This document shows positions 47,942 through 57,635 of a stretch of 64,000 nucleotides of DNA, one piece after another. The notes under the pieces were generated by a model, which did not search any database, was not told the origin of the DNA, and saw nothing but the letters and a program-made list of their open reading frames with translations. Source of the stretch: Methanobacteriota archaeon (GTDB lineage: Archaea > Thermoplasmatota > SW-10-69-26 > JACQPN01); the NCBI GenBank assembly GCA_016207515.1, contig JACQPN010000005.1, forward strand, positions 12,810-76,809. The letters are read 5' to 3'. Every line of letters begins with the position of its first letter. Position 1 is the first letter of the stretch. Position numbers and translations under genes: made by a program.

Positions 47942-48360
47942 TGACGGTCGTTCTGGACACGTCGGTGCTTGCGGCGTTCGTGAATCCCCGCGATCCGCTA
48001 CACAAGGCCGCACAGGAAATCTTGGAGCGATGCAGCGGCGGCGAATTGGGAAAGCCCGTGAGTTCGGAGCACATCCTCATCGAGGGACTTACTTTGCTCC
48101 AGCGAAGGGCCGGCCGGCCGGAGGTCTCCAGGTGCTATGCAGCCCTTTTCACGGGAGGTAATGGTGTGCCGAGCCTGGTCCATCCTCTACGAACCGGGCG
48201 CGAGGAACTGGGCCGCGCCGTCGAGGCGCACTTCCGCCACTTCGCCAAGCGCCTGAGTGTGGTCGATTGCGTACTCCTTGTCATGGCCGAGGACATGGAC
48301 GCACCCATCGCATCCTTTGATACTGGTTTCGACGGGCTCGTCGAGCGAATCGCACGGTAG
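47938..48360 (+). CDS. vapC: PIN-domain ribonuclease VapC
   Basis: VVLDTSVL (Asp 1), SSEHILIEGLTLLQRR and VVDCVLLVMAEDMDAPIASFDTGF acidic residues. Confidence 0.75.
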   Translation: MMTVVLDTSVLAAFVNPRDPLHKAAQEILERCSGGELGKPVSSEHILIEGLTLLQRRAGRPEVSRCYAALFTGGNGVPSLVHPLRTGREELGRAVEAHFRHFAKRLSVVDCVLLVMAEDMDAPIASFDTGFDGLVERIAR

Positions 48361-48505
48361 CCCCGAAGCGGGAGGCCCTCGGGCCCAGGACCACAAGGGC
48401 TGGCCTTCGCTTGGGGGAAGAAAAGTCCGCAAACGGAAAGGGCACCACCACTATGTCGCCTGCTACAGGTCGGCCCACGCCGCGTCCTCCTCGCTTCGAA
48501 GCCAA
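48281..48505 (-). pseudogene. MazF/PemK-like toxin remnant (frame lost after about 35 aa)
   Basis: N-terminal GDIVVVPFPFADFSSPKRRPALVV is a strong MazF/PemK signature. The downstream translation is nonsense and overlaps the vapC 3' end on the opposite strand. Confidence 0.45.
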
Positions 48506-48654
48506 TCTTCGGCCAAGGTCGACTCCGCGAGGAGGGTAGTGGCGGTCACGTGGTGCTTGCGGGACTTCAGGAACGCGAGAACGTCGAGGAGCACGGGCTC
48601 CGGGACGTCGGCGAGTTCACGGAGCAGATCATCACGGGCGTTCATCGTGTCCAT
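48463..48654 (-). CDS. small antitoxin-like protein (DUF2281-like), upstream of the mazF remnant
   Basis: DDLLRELADVPEPVLLDVLAFLKSRK pattern of small antitoxin partners. 63 aa. Confidence 0.4.
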   Translation of the reverse strand: MDTMNARDDLLRELADVPEPVLLDVLAFLKSRKHHVTATTLLAESTLAEDWLRSEEDAAWADL

Positions 48655-48674
48655 AGAGTGGACCTTGGGCGTAT

Positions 48675-49280
48675 ATGGCTTTGTGGATGGAGGAGGCCGC
48701 TGATGGCTTGGTCTTTTTCATGGGATGGACGCCGAAAGTACGATGCCCAAGCGGCTTGGGGTGCCTTTATTCTCCCTTCGTTCGTTTCCTAGCCGTGTCC
48801 CCCAAGCGCGCCCCCCGGAAATCGACGACGAAATCCGCCAACCGCACTTCGCCGCCAAAGCGGCGCCAATCCAAACGTGCGGGATCGAAACGCGCCACCG
48901 GGCGTGCCGGGACGGCCCAAAAGGGCGACGCCGACGTCCTCGTCCGCGCGTTCATTGCGTCACTCCCCCCGTGGCAACGAGGCATTGCAGAGCGCTTCGA
49001 CAAGCTTGTCGCGCGGGAAGTCCCGGGCGTGAAGAGAGCGATGAAGTGGAGCGCCCCATTCTACGGTCTCGAAGGCCGGGGCTGGTTCGCCGCGTTCGGG
49101 GCGTTCAAGGCACATGTGAAGGTCAATTTCTTCAAGGGGACGTCGCTGAAGCCGGTGCCGCCGAGGGGGGAGAGCGGGAACACGCGGGCTGTGGACCTAC
49201 GGAGCCTGGAAGAGTACGAGGCGGCGCCGATGAAGGAGTGGGTGAGGCAGGCGGCGAGGTTGCCGGCGTGGGGGGCCTGA
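48675..49280 (+). CDS. DUF1801 (YdhG-like) domain protein with basic N-terminal tail
   Basis: KWSAPFYGLEGRGWFAAFGAFKAHVKVNFFKG DUF1801 core. The real start is possibly a downstream GTG near 48786. Confidence 0.5.
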   Translation: MALWMEEAADGLVFFMGWTPKVRCPSGLGCLYSPFVRFLAVSPKRAPRKSTTKSANRTSPPKRRQSKRAGSKRATGRAGTAQKGDADVLVRAFIASLPPWQRGIAERFDKLVAREVPGVKRAMKWSAPFYGLEGRGWFAAFGAFKAHVKVNFFKGTSLKPVPPRGESGNTRAVDLRSLEEYEAAPMKEWVRQAARLPAWGA

Positions 49281-49652
49281 TCGTTTCGGTTTTTGGCGGT
49301 AGGCGCAAGAGCTGCCTGTTTCCAACCGCCGCCAAGTTTACGCCCGCCATCGAGGTTTTGGCTTCACCCGATTCCGCGCCTCGGCCATCAGTTTGAGAGC
49401 CCCATCGAGTCGTTGCTCCGTCGTCATCGCGCCTACCCGGCGAAAATCTTCGCGGGTCAGTCGCTTGATGTGAGAAATCCAGTGGCCGTCGTCATCGGCG
49501 AGCCAGGGACTTGTGTGGAGACGCAGCCACGCGCATTCGATGCAGCCTTCGCCGCGCAATGAAGAGCGAATCACGCGGACCTACAAGAACGTGACGCTCT
49601 CGCGACCCATGAGTCGGCGCGTATTCCGGGCCCGGCGCCCAAATCGATGGCC

Positions 49653-50609
49653 CTACAGGATGATGTCGATATCCAGCTTCTCCGCCAGCTCCTTGTAACG
49701 GTTGCGTATCGTGACTTCCGTGACGCCCGCCACATCCGCCACCTCTCTCTGCGTCCTGCGTTCGCCGCAAAGGATGCTGCTGATGTAGAGCGCTGCTGCC
49801 GCGACTCCCGTCGGGCCCCTTCCGCTCGTAAGTTCCTTGTCGGCGGCCTGCTTGAGGATCTCCACGGCCTTCGCCTGGATCTCACCGCTCAACTTAAGCT
49901 CCGAGCAGAACCGGGGAATGTAGTCGATGGGGCTCGTCGGCATCAGTTTCAATTTCAACTCACGCGCGATGAAACGGTAAGTGCGCCCGATCTCCTTCCT
50001 TGAGACACGGCTCGCGTCCGCGATCTCATCGAGGGTCCTTGGGACGTTGCACTGCCTGCACGCCGCGTAAAGCGATGCCGCGGCGACACCTTCGATGGAC
50101 CTACCGCGGATGAGGTTCTTTTGGACCGCGCGCCTGTAGACCATTGCCGCCGTCTCACGGACGTTTCGCGGGAGACCCATCCTTGAGGCCATGCGGTCAA
50201 GTTCACTGAGCGCGAAGGCGAGGTTCCGCTCGGTGGCGTTCGAGACGCGTATGCGCCTCTGCCATTTTCTCAACCTGTAGAGTTGGGCCCGGGACTTCGT
50301 GGGGATGTTCTTCCCGTACGAGTCCTTGTTCCTCCAACCTATCTCGGTGGAGAGACCCTTGTCGTGGATAGTGTAGGTCATCGGGGCGCCGACGCGGGCC
50401 CTCTTCTCACGCTGTTCGTGGTCGAAGGCTCTCCACTCGGGGCCTTGGTCGATGAAGTGCTCGTCGAGCACAAGGCCGCAGCTGTCGCAGACCAGTTCGC
50501 CGCGCTCGTAGTCGCGCGACAGGGACTTGCCGCCGCACTCGGGGCATTGACTGATCTCTTCGACTTCCTCGCCTGGCGCTGGCTTGTTCTTTTCGGCCAT
50601 AGATTTCAC
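49653..50609 (-). CDS. tfb: transcription initiation factor IIB (TFB)
   Basis: N-terminal Zn ribbon CPECGG...CDSCG, B-finger and two cyclin-fold repeats. Confidence 0.95.
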   Translation of the reverse strand: MKSMAEKNKPAPGEEVEEISQCPECGGKSLSRDYERGELVCDSCGLVLDEHFIDQGPEWRAFDHEQREKRARVGAPMTYTIHDKGLSTEIGWRNKDSYGKNIPTKSRAQLYRLRKWQRRIRVSNATERNLAFALSELDRMASRMGLPRNVRETAAMVYRRAVQKNLIRGRSIEGVAAASLYAACRQCNVPRTLDEIADASRVSRKEIGRTYRFIARELKLKLMPTSPIDYIPRFCSELKLSGEIQAKAVEILKQAADKELTSGRGPTGVAAAALYISSILCGERRTQREVADVAGVTEVTIRNRYKELAEKLDIDIIL

Positions 50610-50830
50610 CTAACGAATAATTCCCGGCCCTGGAGCCGGTGAAGTTGGACACTGCCTTTCGGCGATACGACGACGTACGGGGCCTTGACGGGACCGATGA
50701 GTTCTTGGATACGCCCGACCTCCATGTGCTTGTTGTCTACGACGCGGGCGCCGATACGCGCCCTCACGGAAGAACGGATGACGATGGCACCCTCTCGGGT
50801 GACCTTGTGGACGACACCAAGCGACTCCAT
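50606..50830 (-). CDS. gar1: H/ACA ribonucleoprotein component Gar1
   Basis: 74 aa beta-barrel protein. [10 protein letters not shown]...[17 protein letters not shown] is typical of archaeal Gar1. Classic gar1-tfb adjacency, with a 4-nt overlap. Confidence 0.8.
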   Translation of the reverse strand: MESLGVVHKVTREGAIVIRSSVRARIGARVVDNKHMEVGRIQELIGPVKAPYVVVSPKGSVQLHRLQGRELFVR

Positions 50831-50889
50831 ACCGCACCACGTGGCAACGGGCCGAAAGGCCTATTACCACGAGTCACGTGTAGAATAGC

Positions 50890-50940
50890 TCTTGTATTTA
50901 AACTTTAGCGTGGGCCTGCTTGATGTTATTTAAATAAACT
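50890..50940. promoter_or_regulatory. divergent AT-rich promoter region with two TATA-like boxes (gtatttaaact; gttatttaaataaact)
   Basis: Only strongly AT-rich patch in the 50.8-51.3 kb interval. One box faces gar1/tfb on the minus strand. The other faces the 330-nt intergenic region on the plus strand. Confidence 0.35.
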
Positions 50941-51305
50941 GCCACACGGCCTTAAATGGGGCGAGAATCTGGCGCCTAAAAAGGGTTGCTAATTGGGCCG
51001 AACTTGGGTAGGGTGGCCCCTCCGGATGAGCCCTGAGCGCGGTCGAAACGACCTTCAGCGGCCTCGGGACCACGGGAGCCCGTGAACAACGGAGAGTTTG
51101 GAAATGCCGGTAGCTCGTCGATGCGCGTAAACGCCGCGCCGGCGCCGCCGCCTTTCGCTTCCGTACTCCAGTGCGCACCCTCCGCCCGATCGCAAAGCTT
51201 CTTTTCGGCCACTAAACAAAGGCGCCACGGGAGACACGCACTCGGTCCCCCCCCCATCCCGCTCACTAGCGCACTTTATTTAAAGGGACAATGTTGCGGC
51301 GACCG

Positions 51306-53165
51306 ATGCGCCTCCTCTTCATCCACTCCGACTACATCGAGTACGAGGCCAAGAAACCGGCCCTACGCTCGATCCAAGGGGAGCCGGCCATGCCGAAGGA
51401 CCGGCTGGAGGAGGCACTCGTCGTCTTCTACTCGGTCGAAAAGCCGGATGAGAAGAACATCGATGCCGTCGTCGCGCAGACGGTGAAAGAGATCCAAGAC
51501 GTCACCGGCCAAGTGAAGACGCAGAACGTCGCCCTCTACCCGTACGCGCACCTTTCAAGCGACCTCGCCAAGCCCGACGTCGCGAAAGCGACGGGCGAAA
51601 AACTCGACGCCGCCGTGAAAGCCGTCGGCTACAAGACGATCCACGCGCCGTTCGGCTGGTACAAGAGTTTCAGCCTCAAAGCGAAAGGCCACCCGCTTGC
51701 CGAACTCTCGCGCTCGATAACGATCGACGAGACCGGCGAGCACAAGCCCAAGGAATCCGAAGCACTAAGATCCGAAAAAAAGCTCAAGAGCGAGTGGCAC
51801 GTCCTCACACCGGCCGGCGAGTTGGTGACGGCCGACAAGTTCGATTTCAAGGGCCATGAGGGCCTCGAGCTTCTCTACCGCCATGAAGTCGCAAAAAGCC
51901 GCAAGGCGACGGGGGAACCGCCGCACGTGAAACTCATGCACGAGCTGGAGCTCGTCGATTACGAGCCCGGAAGCGACCAGGGGAATTTCCGTTGGTACCC
52001 GAAGGGCTCGCTCATGAAGCGTCTCCTAGAAAGGCGCGCGTCCGACATGGTCCTCGCTGCGGGAGCGATGCAGGTAGAGACGCCGATCATGTACGACTTC
52101 GCTCACCCGGCCTTGAACAAATACCTTCAGCGGTTCCCGGCGCGCCAGTACACGGTCCAATCGGACGACAAGGAGTTCTTCCTGCGCTTTGCCGCCTGCT
52201 TCGGCCAGTACCTCATCGCCCACGACATGACGGTGAGTTACCGCCACCTGCCTCTCCGGCTCTATGAGCTGACGCACTACTCCTTCCGGCGCGAGCAATC
52301 CGGGGAACTCGCGGGGCTTCGCCGGCTACGGGCGTTCACGATGCCCGACATGCACACCCTTGTGCGAGACACTGCCCAGGCGAAGGAGGAGTTCAAGAAC
52401 CAGTTCAAGTTGTCGATGAATTGGATGGCCGACCTCGGCTTCCAGTACGAGGCCGCCATCCGCTTCGTGCGCCCGTTCTTCGACGAGAACAGGGAGTTCG
52501 CCGTCGAACTTGCGTGCCTTTTGGACCGGCCGGTCTTGATCGAGATGTGGGACGAACGGTTCTTCTACTTCGTGATGAAGTTCGAGTTCAACGTCCCGGA
52601 CACGAGCGGCAAGGCGTCCGCGCTCTCGACCGTGCAAATAGACGTCGAGAACACGGAGCGCTTCGAGATAAGCTACGTGGACGAGACCGGGACCAGGAAC
52701 TTCCCTCTCCTTCTACACTGCTCCGTCTCAGGTTCGATCGACAGGAACGTCTACGCGTTCCTCGAACAGGAGGCGATGAAGATCGCGAAGGGCGGCAAGG
52801 GCACTTACCCGTTCTGGCTTGCGCCGACCCAACTTCGGCTCATCCCCGTAAAGGACGAGTTCCTGCCGACGTGCGAAAGGTTGGCAACATCGCTTCCAGG
52901 CGTCCGTGTCGACGTGGACGACCGCGACGAGGGCGTCTCCCGCAAGATCCGGGACGCGGAAAAGGAATGGGTGCCGCTCATCCTCGTCTACGGCGAGAAA
53001 GAGGCCACCTCCACGAAACTGCCAGTCCGATCGCGCACCGACGGCCAACGCGAGTACACCGTCGAAGAGCTTCACAACCACATCATGAAAGCACAAGGCG
53101 AGATGCCTTGGCTACCGCTGCCTCTCCCGAGGCATCTTTCGAAGCGGCCCGCGTTTCGCGGGTAG
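51306..53165 (+). CDS. thrS: threonyl-tRNA synthetase, archaeal type with N-terminal D-aminoacyl-tRNA-deacylase-like editing domain
   Basis: MRLLFIHSDYIEYEAK editing-domain N-terminus. Class II motifs FRREQSGELAGLRRLRAFTMPDMHT. The track start 51291 is probably 5 codons too early. TATA ctttatttaaag at 51274-51285 fits a leaderless ATG at 51306. Confidence 0.9.
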   Translation: MRLLFIHSDYIEYEAKKPALRSIQGEPAMPKDRLEEALVVFYSVEKPDEKNIDAVVAQTVKEIQDVTGQVKTQNVALYPYAHLSSDLAKPDVAKATGEKLDAAVKAVGYKTIHAPFGWYKSFSLKAKGHPLAELSRSITIDETGEHKPKESEALRSEKKLKSEWHVLTPAGELVTADKFDFKGHEGLELLYRHEVAKSRKATGEPPHVKLMHELELVDYEPGSDQGNFRWYPKGSLMKRLLERRASDMVLAAGAMQVETPIMYDFAHPALNKYLQRFPARQYTVQSDDKEFFLRFAACFGQYLIAHDMTVSYRHLPLRLYELTHYSFRREQSGELAGLRRLRAFTMPDMHTLVRDTAQAKEEFKNQFKLSMNWMADLGFQYEAAIRFVRPFFDENREFAVELACLLDRPVLIEMWDERFFYFVMKFEFNVPDTSGKASALSTVQIDVENTERFEISYVDETGTRNFPLLLHCSVSGSIDRNVYAFLEQEAMKIAKGGKGTYPFWLAPTQLRLIPVKDEFLPTCERLATSLPGVRVDVDDRDEGVSRKIRDAEKEWVPLILVYGEKEATSTKLPVRSRTDGQREYTVEELHNHIMKAQGEMPWLPLPLPRHLSKRPAFRG

Positions 53166-53417
53166 ACAAAGTGTCGGCGACCCCCTTGACCAAGGGCCGA
53201 GGCATCGCTTTCCGGGTCCTTCGCATCTGACCGGTCGCGACCCGCTCGCCTGTGACCAAACGCCCTCGGGACGTACGCCCGTTTTGCAGCATGTTCCGTT
53301 TTGAACGCGTGCGGCGAGACGTTTGAACACGCCCGCCCGGGCAATCGATATAAATACCGACCGCAATCAAGATTGACAAGGCTTGGCAATGAGGGATGCC
53401 GGCCGGTGGGAAACCCA

Positions 53418-54332
53418 ATGCCCGAACTCAAGGCCTACTTCAACGGACGGTTCGTAGCAGAATCCGAAGCGCGCATTTCCGTGTTCGACCACGGGTTCCT
53501 TTACGGCGACGGCGTCTTCGAAGGGATACGCGCCTACAATGGCCGCGTGTTCAAGCTCGAAGAGCACATCGCCCGCCTCTACGACAGCGCAAAGGCGATC
53601 GCGCTCCAGATCCCGCTCACGCGCGAGGAGATGGCTGAGAAGATCCTCGAGACATTGAGGCTCAACAACCTCCGCGACGCTTACATCCGACCGGTGGTCT
53701 CGCGCGGGATCGGCGACCTCGGCCTTGACCCCAGGAAGTGCGCGACGCCGACCGTGCTCGTCGTCGTGAAACCGCTCATCGACCTCTACGGCGACAAGTA
53801 CGCCAAAGGCCTCACGGTCATCACGGCGGCCACACGTCGCAATTCCCCGGCCGCCTTGAGCCCGAACATCAAGTCGCTGAACTACCTCAACCAGATCCTC
53901 GCCCGTATCGAGGCGAACCTGAGGAACGCCGACGAGGCCCTCATGTTGGACCTCCAGGGCTTCGTCTCGGAGGCGTCGGCGGACAACATCTTCACCGTGA
54001 AGGATGGTGCCGTGATAACGCCGCCCACCTACAATAGCCTGAAGGGGATCACTCGGCAGGCCGTGATCGAGGTCGCCGAGAAGGAAGGCTTCACCATCAA
54101 GGAGGAGCCGATAACGCTCTTTGACGTCTACTCGGCCGACGAGATATTCATCACCGGCACCGCCGCCGAGCTCGCTCCCGTGGTCATCGTCGACGGGCGC
54201 ACTATCGGCTCTGGAAGGCCGGGACGCATAACGACTACACTGATGGCGGCCTTCAAGAGGTTCGCCCAATCGCACGGGACGCCCATCTTCGAGACAGACA
54301 GCGAGCAAGCGCAGGCGAAGGTCCGAAGATAG
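53418..54332 (+). CDS. ilvE: branched-chain amino acid aminotransferase (fold type IV)
   Basis: Start re-assigned to [24 protein letters not shown] and the PLP Lys region. Confidence 0.85.
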   Translation: MPELKAYFNGRFVAESEARISVFDHGFLYGDGVFEGIRAYNGRVFKLEEHIARLYDSAKAIALQIPLTREEMAEKILETLRLNNLRDAYIRPVVSRGIGDLGLDPRKCATPTVLVVVKPLIDLYGDKYAKGLTVITAATRRNSPAALSPNIKSLNYLNQILARIEANLRNADEALMLDLQGFVSEASADNIFTVKDGAVITPPTYNSLKGITRQAVIEVAEKEGFTIKEEPITLFDVYSADEIFITGTAAELAPVVIVDGRTIGSGRPGRITTTLMAAFKRFAQSHGTPIFETDSEQAQAKVRR

Positions 54333-54350
54333 GCCGCGCAAAGGGTGGCG

Positions 54351-55052
54351 TCAGCCGGGCACGGCGGGTTCTCCAGAGAGGAGCGCCGGCAATCCTTTGA
54401 GGTCTCCCATCCGATGGTCTGGCCTGATGAGGGGATCGTGTGGCAATCCACCTTCACGATCAATCCAACACGTCTGGAGCCCAGCGGCCTTCGCTCCCGC
54501 CACGTCCGCCACAAGCGAGTCGCCCACGTGGAGGATTGCATCGCCCCGCGTCGCCAGGCCGCGCACCGTGAGGTCGAAAATGGGCCGCGCGGGCTTGTAG
54601 CACTTGGCGCCTTCGCTTGTCACGATGACTTTGAAAAGGTCCACGGCACCGTTATGCCGGAGGAGCCCGTCCAACATGCCGATGTCGGCGTTGGACGTTA
54701 TCGCGAGCGGGTAGGCCTTCGAAAGCTCCAACAGGACGGCGAGGGCGTCGGGGTAGGGTTCGGCCTCGTAGTATGAGGCGTTGAGGTCGCGCGCGATCTT
54801 CGCCGCGTCGCGCTCGACGCCCTGTTCTTGGAGAATCGTCGAGATTATCCAATAGTCGCGGTCGTGCATGTTCACAAACGGTCGCGTGAATAGGTCCCTG
54901 ATCAACTCCTCGCGCCTGCGTAGGAGCCCGTCGACCGTCGCCTGCAACCGGTGGCTTTCGATGACTTCGGCGAAGAGGTCGCGAAGGGCCTGCGTGGTCC
55001 CCCGAAAAAGGGTGCCGTACGCGTCGAACGACAGGGCCTCTACCTTTTCCAT
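54351..55052 (-). CDS. HAD-superfamily hydrolase
   Basis: Motif I FDAYGTLF (DxxGT-type), ITSNAD, K...GDSLVADVAGAKAAG. Confidence 0.7.
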   Translation of the reverse strand: MEKVEALSFDAYGTLFRGTTQALRDLFAEVIESHRLQATVDGLLRRREELIRDLFTRPFVNMHDRDYWIISTILQEQGVERDAAKIARDLNASYYEAEPYPDALAVLLELSKAYPLAITSNADIGMLDGLLRHNGAVDLFKVIVTSEGAKCYKPARPIFDLTVRGLATRGDAILHVGDSLVADVAGAKAAGLQTCWIDREGGLPHDPLIRPDHRMGDLKGLPALLSGEPAVPG

Positions 55053-55234
55053 GGGCGGCCATGGGCCTCGTATTAGATACGGGTGTCGAAGGTGCTCACC
55101 GGGCCCGCCGAAGCGTCGAAAACGCCTCGACTACAAACCGCGTCGGAGGAACTCCCGGTCGGACGGCATCGTGTACCCGGAGGCGCCTGGAGGCTCCGGC
55201 TTCGATGGGGCGATGACGAGCAATTAATAGCGCC

Positions 55235-56344
55235 TTGCCCGTAGGGCCTTCGATGGGCGCAGAGCCACGCTACCTTTACGGGGACGTCTTCGACGGGGAG
55301 CGCTTCCTCGAGGGTTACGTCGGGATATCCGAGGGGAAGGTTGTCGACAGCGGTCGCGGACCGCCCCCCAGGGAGCCACTGGTCAAGGGTGTCGTGCTTC
55401 CGACCTTCACCAACGCCCACACCCACGTGGGCGACATGTTCCTTCGCGGCACGAGCCTCCCAAGAGACCTCAAGGCCGCGGTCGCTCCGCCGGACGGCGT
55501 CAAACACGTGGCCCTGCGAGGCGCTCGTCGCGAGGACGTCGAAAGGGGAATTAGAGGCGCCGTAGAGGAGATGGAGACCAATGGTGTCGGGCGCTTCGTC
55601 GACTTTCGCGAAGGCGGGCTCGATGGCCTCGGAATGCTCGAGAGGGCGGCCGCGGGTTCCAAGGCGACGCGACTCGCGCTTTCCCGTCCGTGCGGCATGG
55701 GTTTCGACCCCGACGAGGTGGATGCCATCCTCGCCGCCTCCGACGGGATCGCGGTCTCGGGGATGGCGGACTACGCCCCCGACGTCCTTTCACGGTTGTC
55801 CCGCGCGGCCCGCGAGCGCCGAAAGATCTTCGCACTCCATGTGAGCGAAGGAGAGCGGGAGGATATCGACGCCGCCCTCGAATTGAGACCGACGTTCCTC
55901 GTGCACATGGCGCATGCCGATCAAAGCGACCTTGAACGTGTCAGCGCCGAAAATGTGCCGGTGGTGCTCTGCCCGCGAAGCAACGCCTACTTCACGAAGG
56001 CGCCCGACCTGGAGGCCTTTGTTCGATCAGGCTTGAGACTTGGCCTTGGGACGGACAATGCGATGCTCAACTCCCTAGACGTCCTGGAGGAGGCTCGATT
56101 CGCCTCGAAACTCGTGCGCCCGGCCAATCGAAGGAGGCTCGTACAGATGTCCACCGCCGGGCCCGGGAAACCCTTAAGTCGTCCGGGCGGCGATAGACCT
56201 ATGGACGTCGGCCTTTCAGCGGACTTCGTGGTTTTCGCAAAGACGGCCAACGACCCGCTCGAATGCCTCTTCGGCGGCAGACCGACGATCCTCGTGAACA
56301 CGCTATTGGAGGAAGCCCGATGGAAGAATACAAACGAATCCTGA
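55235..56344 (+). CDS. metal-dependent amidohydrolase (chlorohydrolase / deaminase family)
   Basis: FTNAHTHVGD (HxH), ALHVSEGE, FLVHMAH and GTDNAML (Asp) are the TIM-barrel amidohydrolase metal ligands. Confidence 0.7.
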   Translation: MPVGPSMGAEPRYLYGDVFDGERFLEGYVGISEGKVVDSGRGPPPREPLVKGVVLPTFTNAHTHVGDMFLRGTSLPRDLKAAVAPPDGVKHVALRGARREDVERGIRGAVEEMETNGVGRFVDFREGGLDGLGMLERAAAGSKATRLALSRPCGMGFDPDEVDAILAASDGIAVSGMADYAPDVLSRLSRAARERRKIFALHVSEGEREDIDAALELRPTFLVHMAHADQSDLERVSAENVPVVLCPRSNAYFTKAPDLEAFVRSGLRLGLGTDNAMLNSLDVLEEARFASKLVRPANRRRLVQMSTAGPGKPLSRPGGDRPMDVGLSADFVVFAKTANDPLECLFGGRPTILVNTLLEEARWKNTNES

Positions 56345-56745
56345 TCCCGACGGACGGCTCCGAGCGAGTGAAGACGGCCGTGGAGAAAGGCGTCGCCCTG
56401 GCGAGCCTCACCAAGGGTTCGGTGACGGCGCTTTTCGTCGTCGACCAGCAGACGTTCTCGCACCTCGACTACCAATGGGAGGCGATAAACCAGCTTCTGA
56501 CGAAACAGGGCGAGGAAGCGGTCTCTTACGTCGCGGAGCTCGCGGCCGAGGCGAAGGTCCCCATCCGGACCGAGATCGTCTCCGGACACCCCGCGGACGA
56601 GATAGTCAAGGCTGCAAGCCGTCACGACTTAATAGTAATGGGCACTTTGGGGCGCACCGGGCTGGACCACCTGCTCATGGGCTCCGTGGCCGAGAAGGTC
56701 ATGCGGCACGCCCCATGCCCCGTCATGGTCGTCCGGCTCAAATGA
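56320..56745 (+). CDS. universal stress protein UspA
   Basis: ILIPTDGSE ... LIVMGTLGRTGLDHLLMGSVAEKV (G-x2-G-x9-G-S). Confidence 0.8.
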   Translation: MEEYKRILIPTDGSERVKTAVEKGVALASLTKGSVTALFVVDQQTFSHLDYQWEAINQLLTKQGEEAVSYVAELAAEAKVPIRTEIVSGHPADEIVKAASRHDLIVMGTLGRTGLDHLLMGSVAEKVMRHAPCPVMVVRLK

Positions 56746-57605
56746 TGCGGAGCGGCGAATCGATGCGCGTTGACGAGCTCATGACGAAGAACCCGATCGT
56801 CGTGGAGGTCCCGGGGACCCGCGACGACGCTTTGAAACTGCTGGCCCACCACTCGGTCTCGGGCGTTCCCGTGGTCAAGGCGAAAACGGGGAAACTCGCA
56901 GGGGTAGTCACGCGATCCGACATCTTCCGCCACAGCGACGAGGAGCAGTTGGCACTCGTCATGACGACGAAGCCCTTCACCATCGGGCCCCGGGATGACG
57001 TCGCCAAGGCCGCGAAGATCTTTTTCGAGAAGCGCATCCACGGCCTCCCGGTCGTGGGTAGCGACTCGGAACTTCTCGGGGTCATCTCCCCGAGCGATAT
57101 CCTGAAAGTCATCGCCGAGAGCTCCAGCAAGAAGACCATCGGCGACCTCGGCACCGCGACGGCGTTCCCGGTCCACACGGCGACACCACTTGCGGTCGTG
57201 TGGGAGATAATGAACCTCAACCACCAGAACGCGCTTCCCGTCCTCGACGACGATGCCGGCCTCGCGGGGATAGTCACCGACAGCGACCTCTTCAAGAAGA
57301 GCCAGGTCGATGACGTCATCAAGAAGTCGAAACTCTCGATAGGGGAGGACGAGGACGCCTGGACGTGGGACAGCCTCCGAAGCATCATGCCCCTGTACCT
57401 ATCGAATTCGAAGGTGAAGCTCCCCAAAGCGGCCGTAAGCGAGGTCATGACGTCCAAGGTCGAGACCGTCTTCACGAGGGCGAGCGTCTCGGAGGCCGCG
57501 AAGAAGATGCGCAAGTTCAAAGTCAACCAATTGCCCATCCTCGACACGCACGATCGCCTCGTCGGGGTCGTGACGGATCTTGACCTCATGCAGGTCATGA
57601 CGTGA
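56742..57605 (+). CDS. CBS-domain protein (four CBS repeats)
   Basis: Four repeats of the CBS pattern (h..P..V....L.GhVT..Dl). The start ATG overlaps the uspA stop (ATGATG). Confidence 0.8.
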   Translation: MMRSGESMRVDELMTKNPIVVEVPGTRDDALKLLAHHSVSGVPVVKAKTGKLAGVVTRSDIFRHSDEEQLALVMTTKPFTIGPRDDVAKAAKIFFEKRIHGLPVVGSDSELLGVISPSDILKVIAESSSKKTIGDLGTATAFPVHTATPLAVVWEIMNLNHQNALPVLDDDAGLAGIVTDSDLFKKSQVDDVIKKSKLSIGEDEDAWTWDSLRSIMPLYLSNSKVKLPKAAVSEVMTSKVETVFTRASVSEAAKKMRKFKVNQLPILDTHDRLVGVVTDLDLMQVMT

Positions 57606-57635
57606 GTCGCCCGCGATCTTAGCGGGAATCGGGGC

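Noticed and set aside
50960-51290. SRP RNA or RNase P RNA in the gar1-thrS intergenic region
   Set aside because: I could not find the helix-8 GGAAG/AGCAG or P4 AGGAAAGUCC-type conserved motifs on either strand by eye. Left as an unclassified ncRNA candidate.
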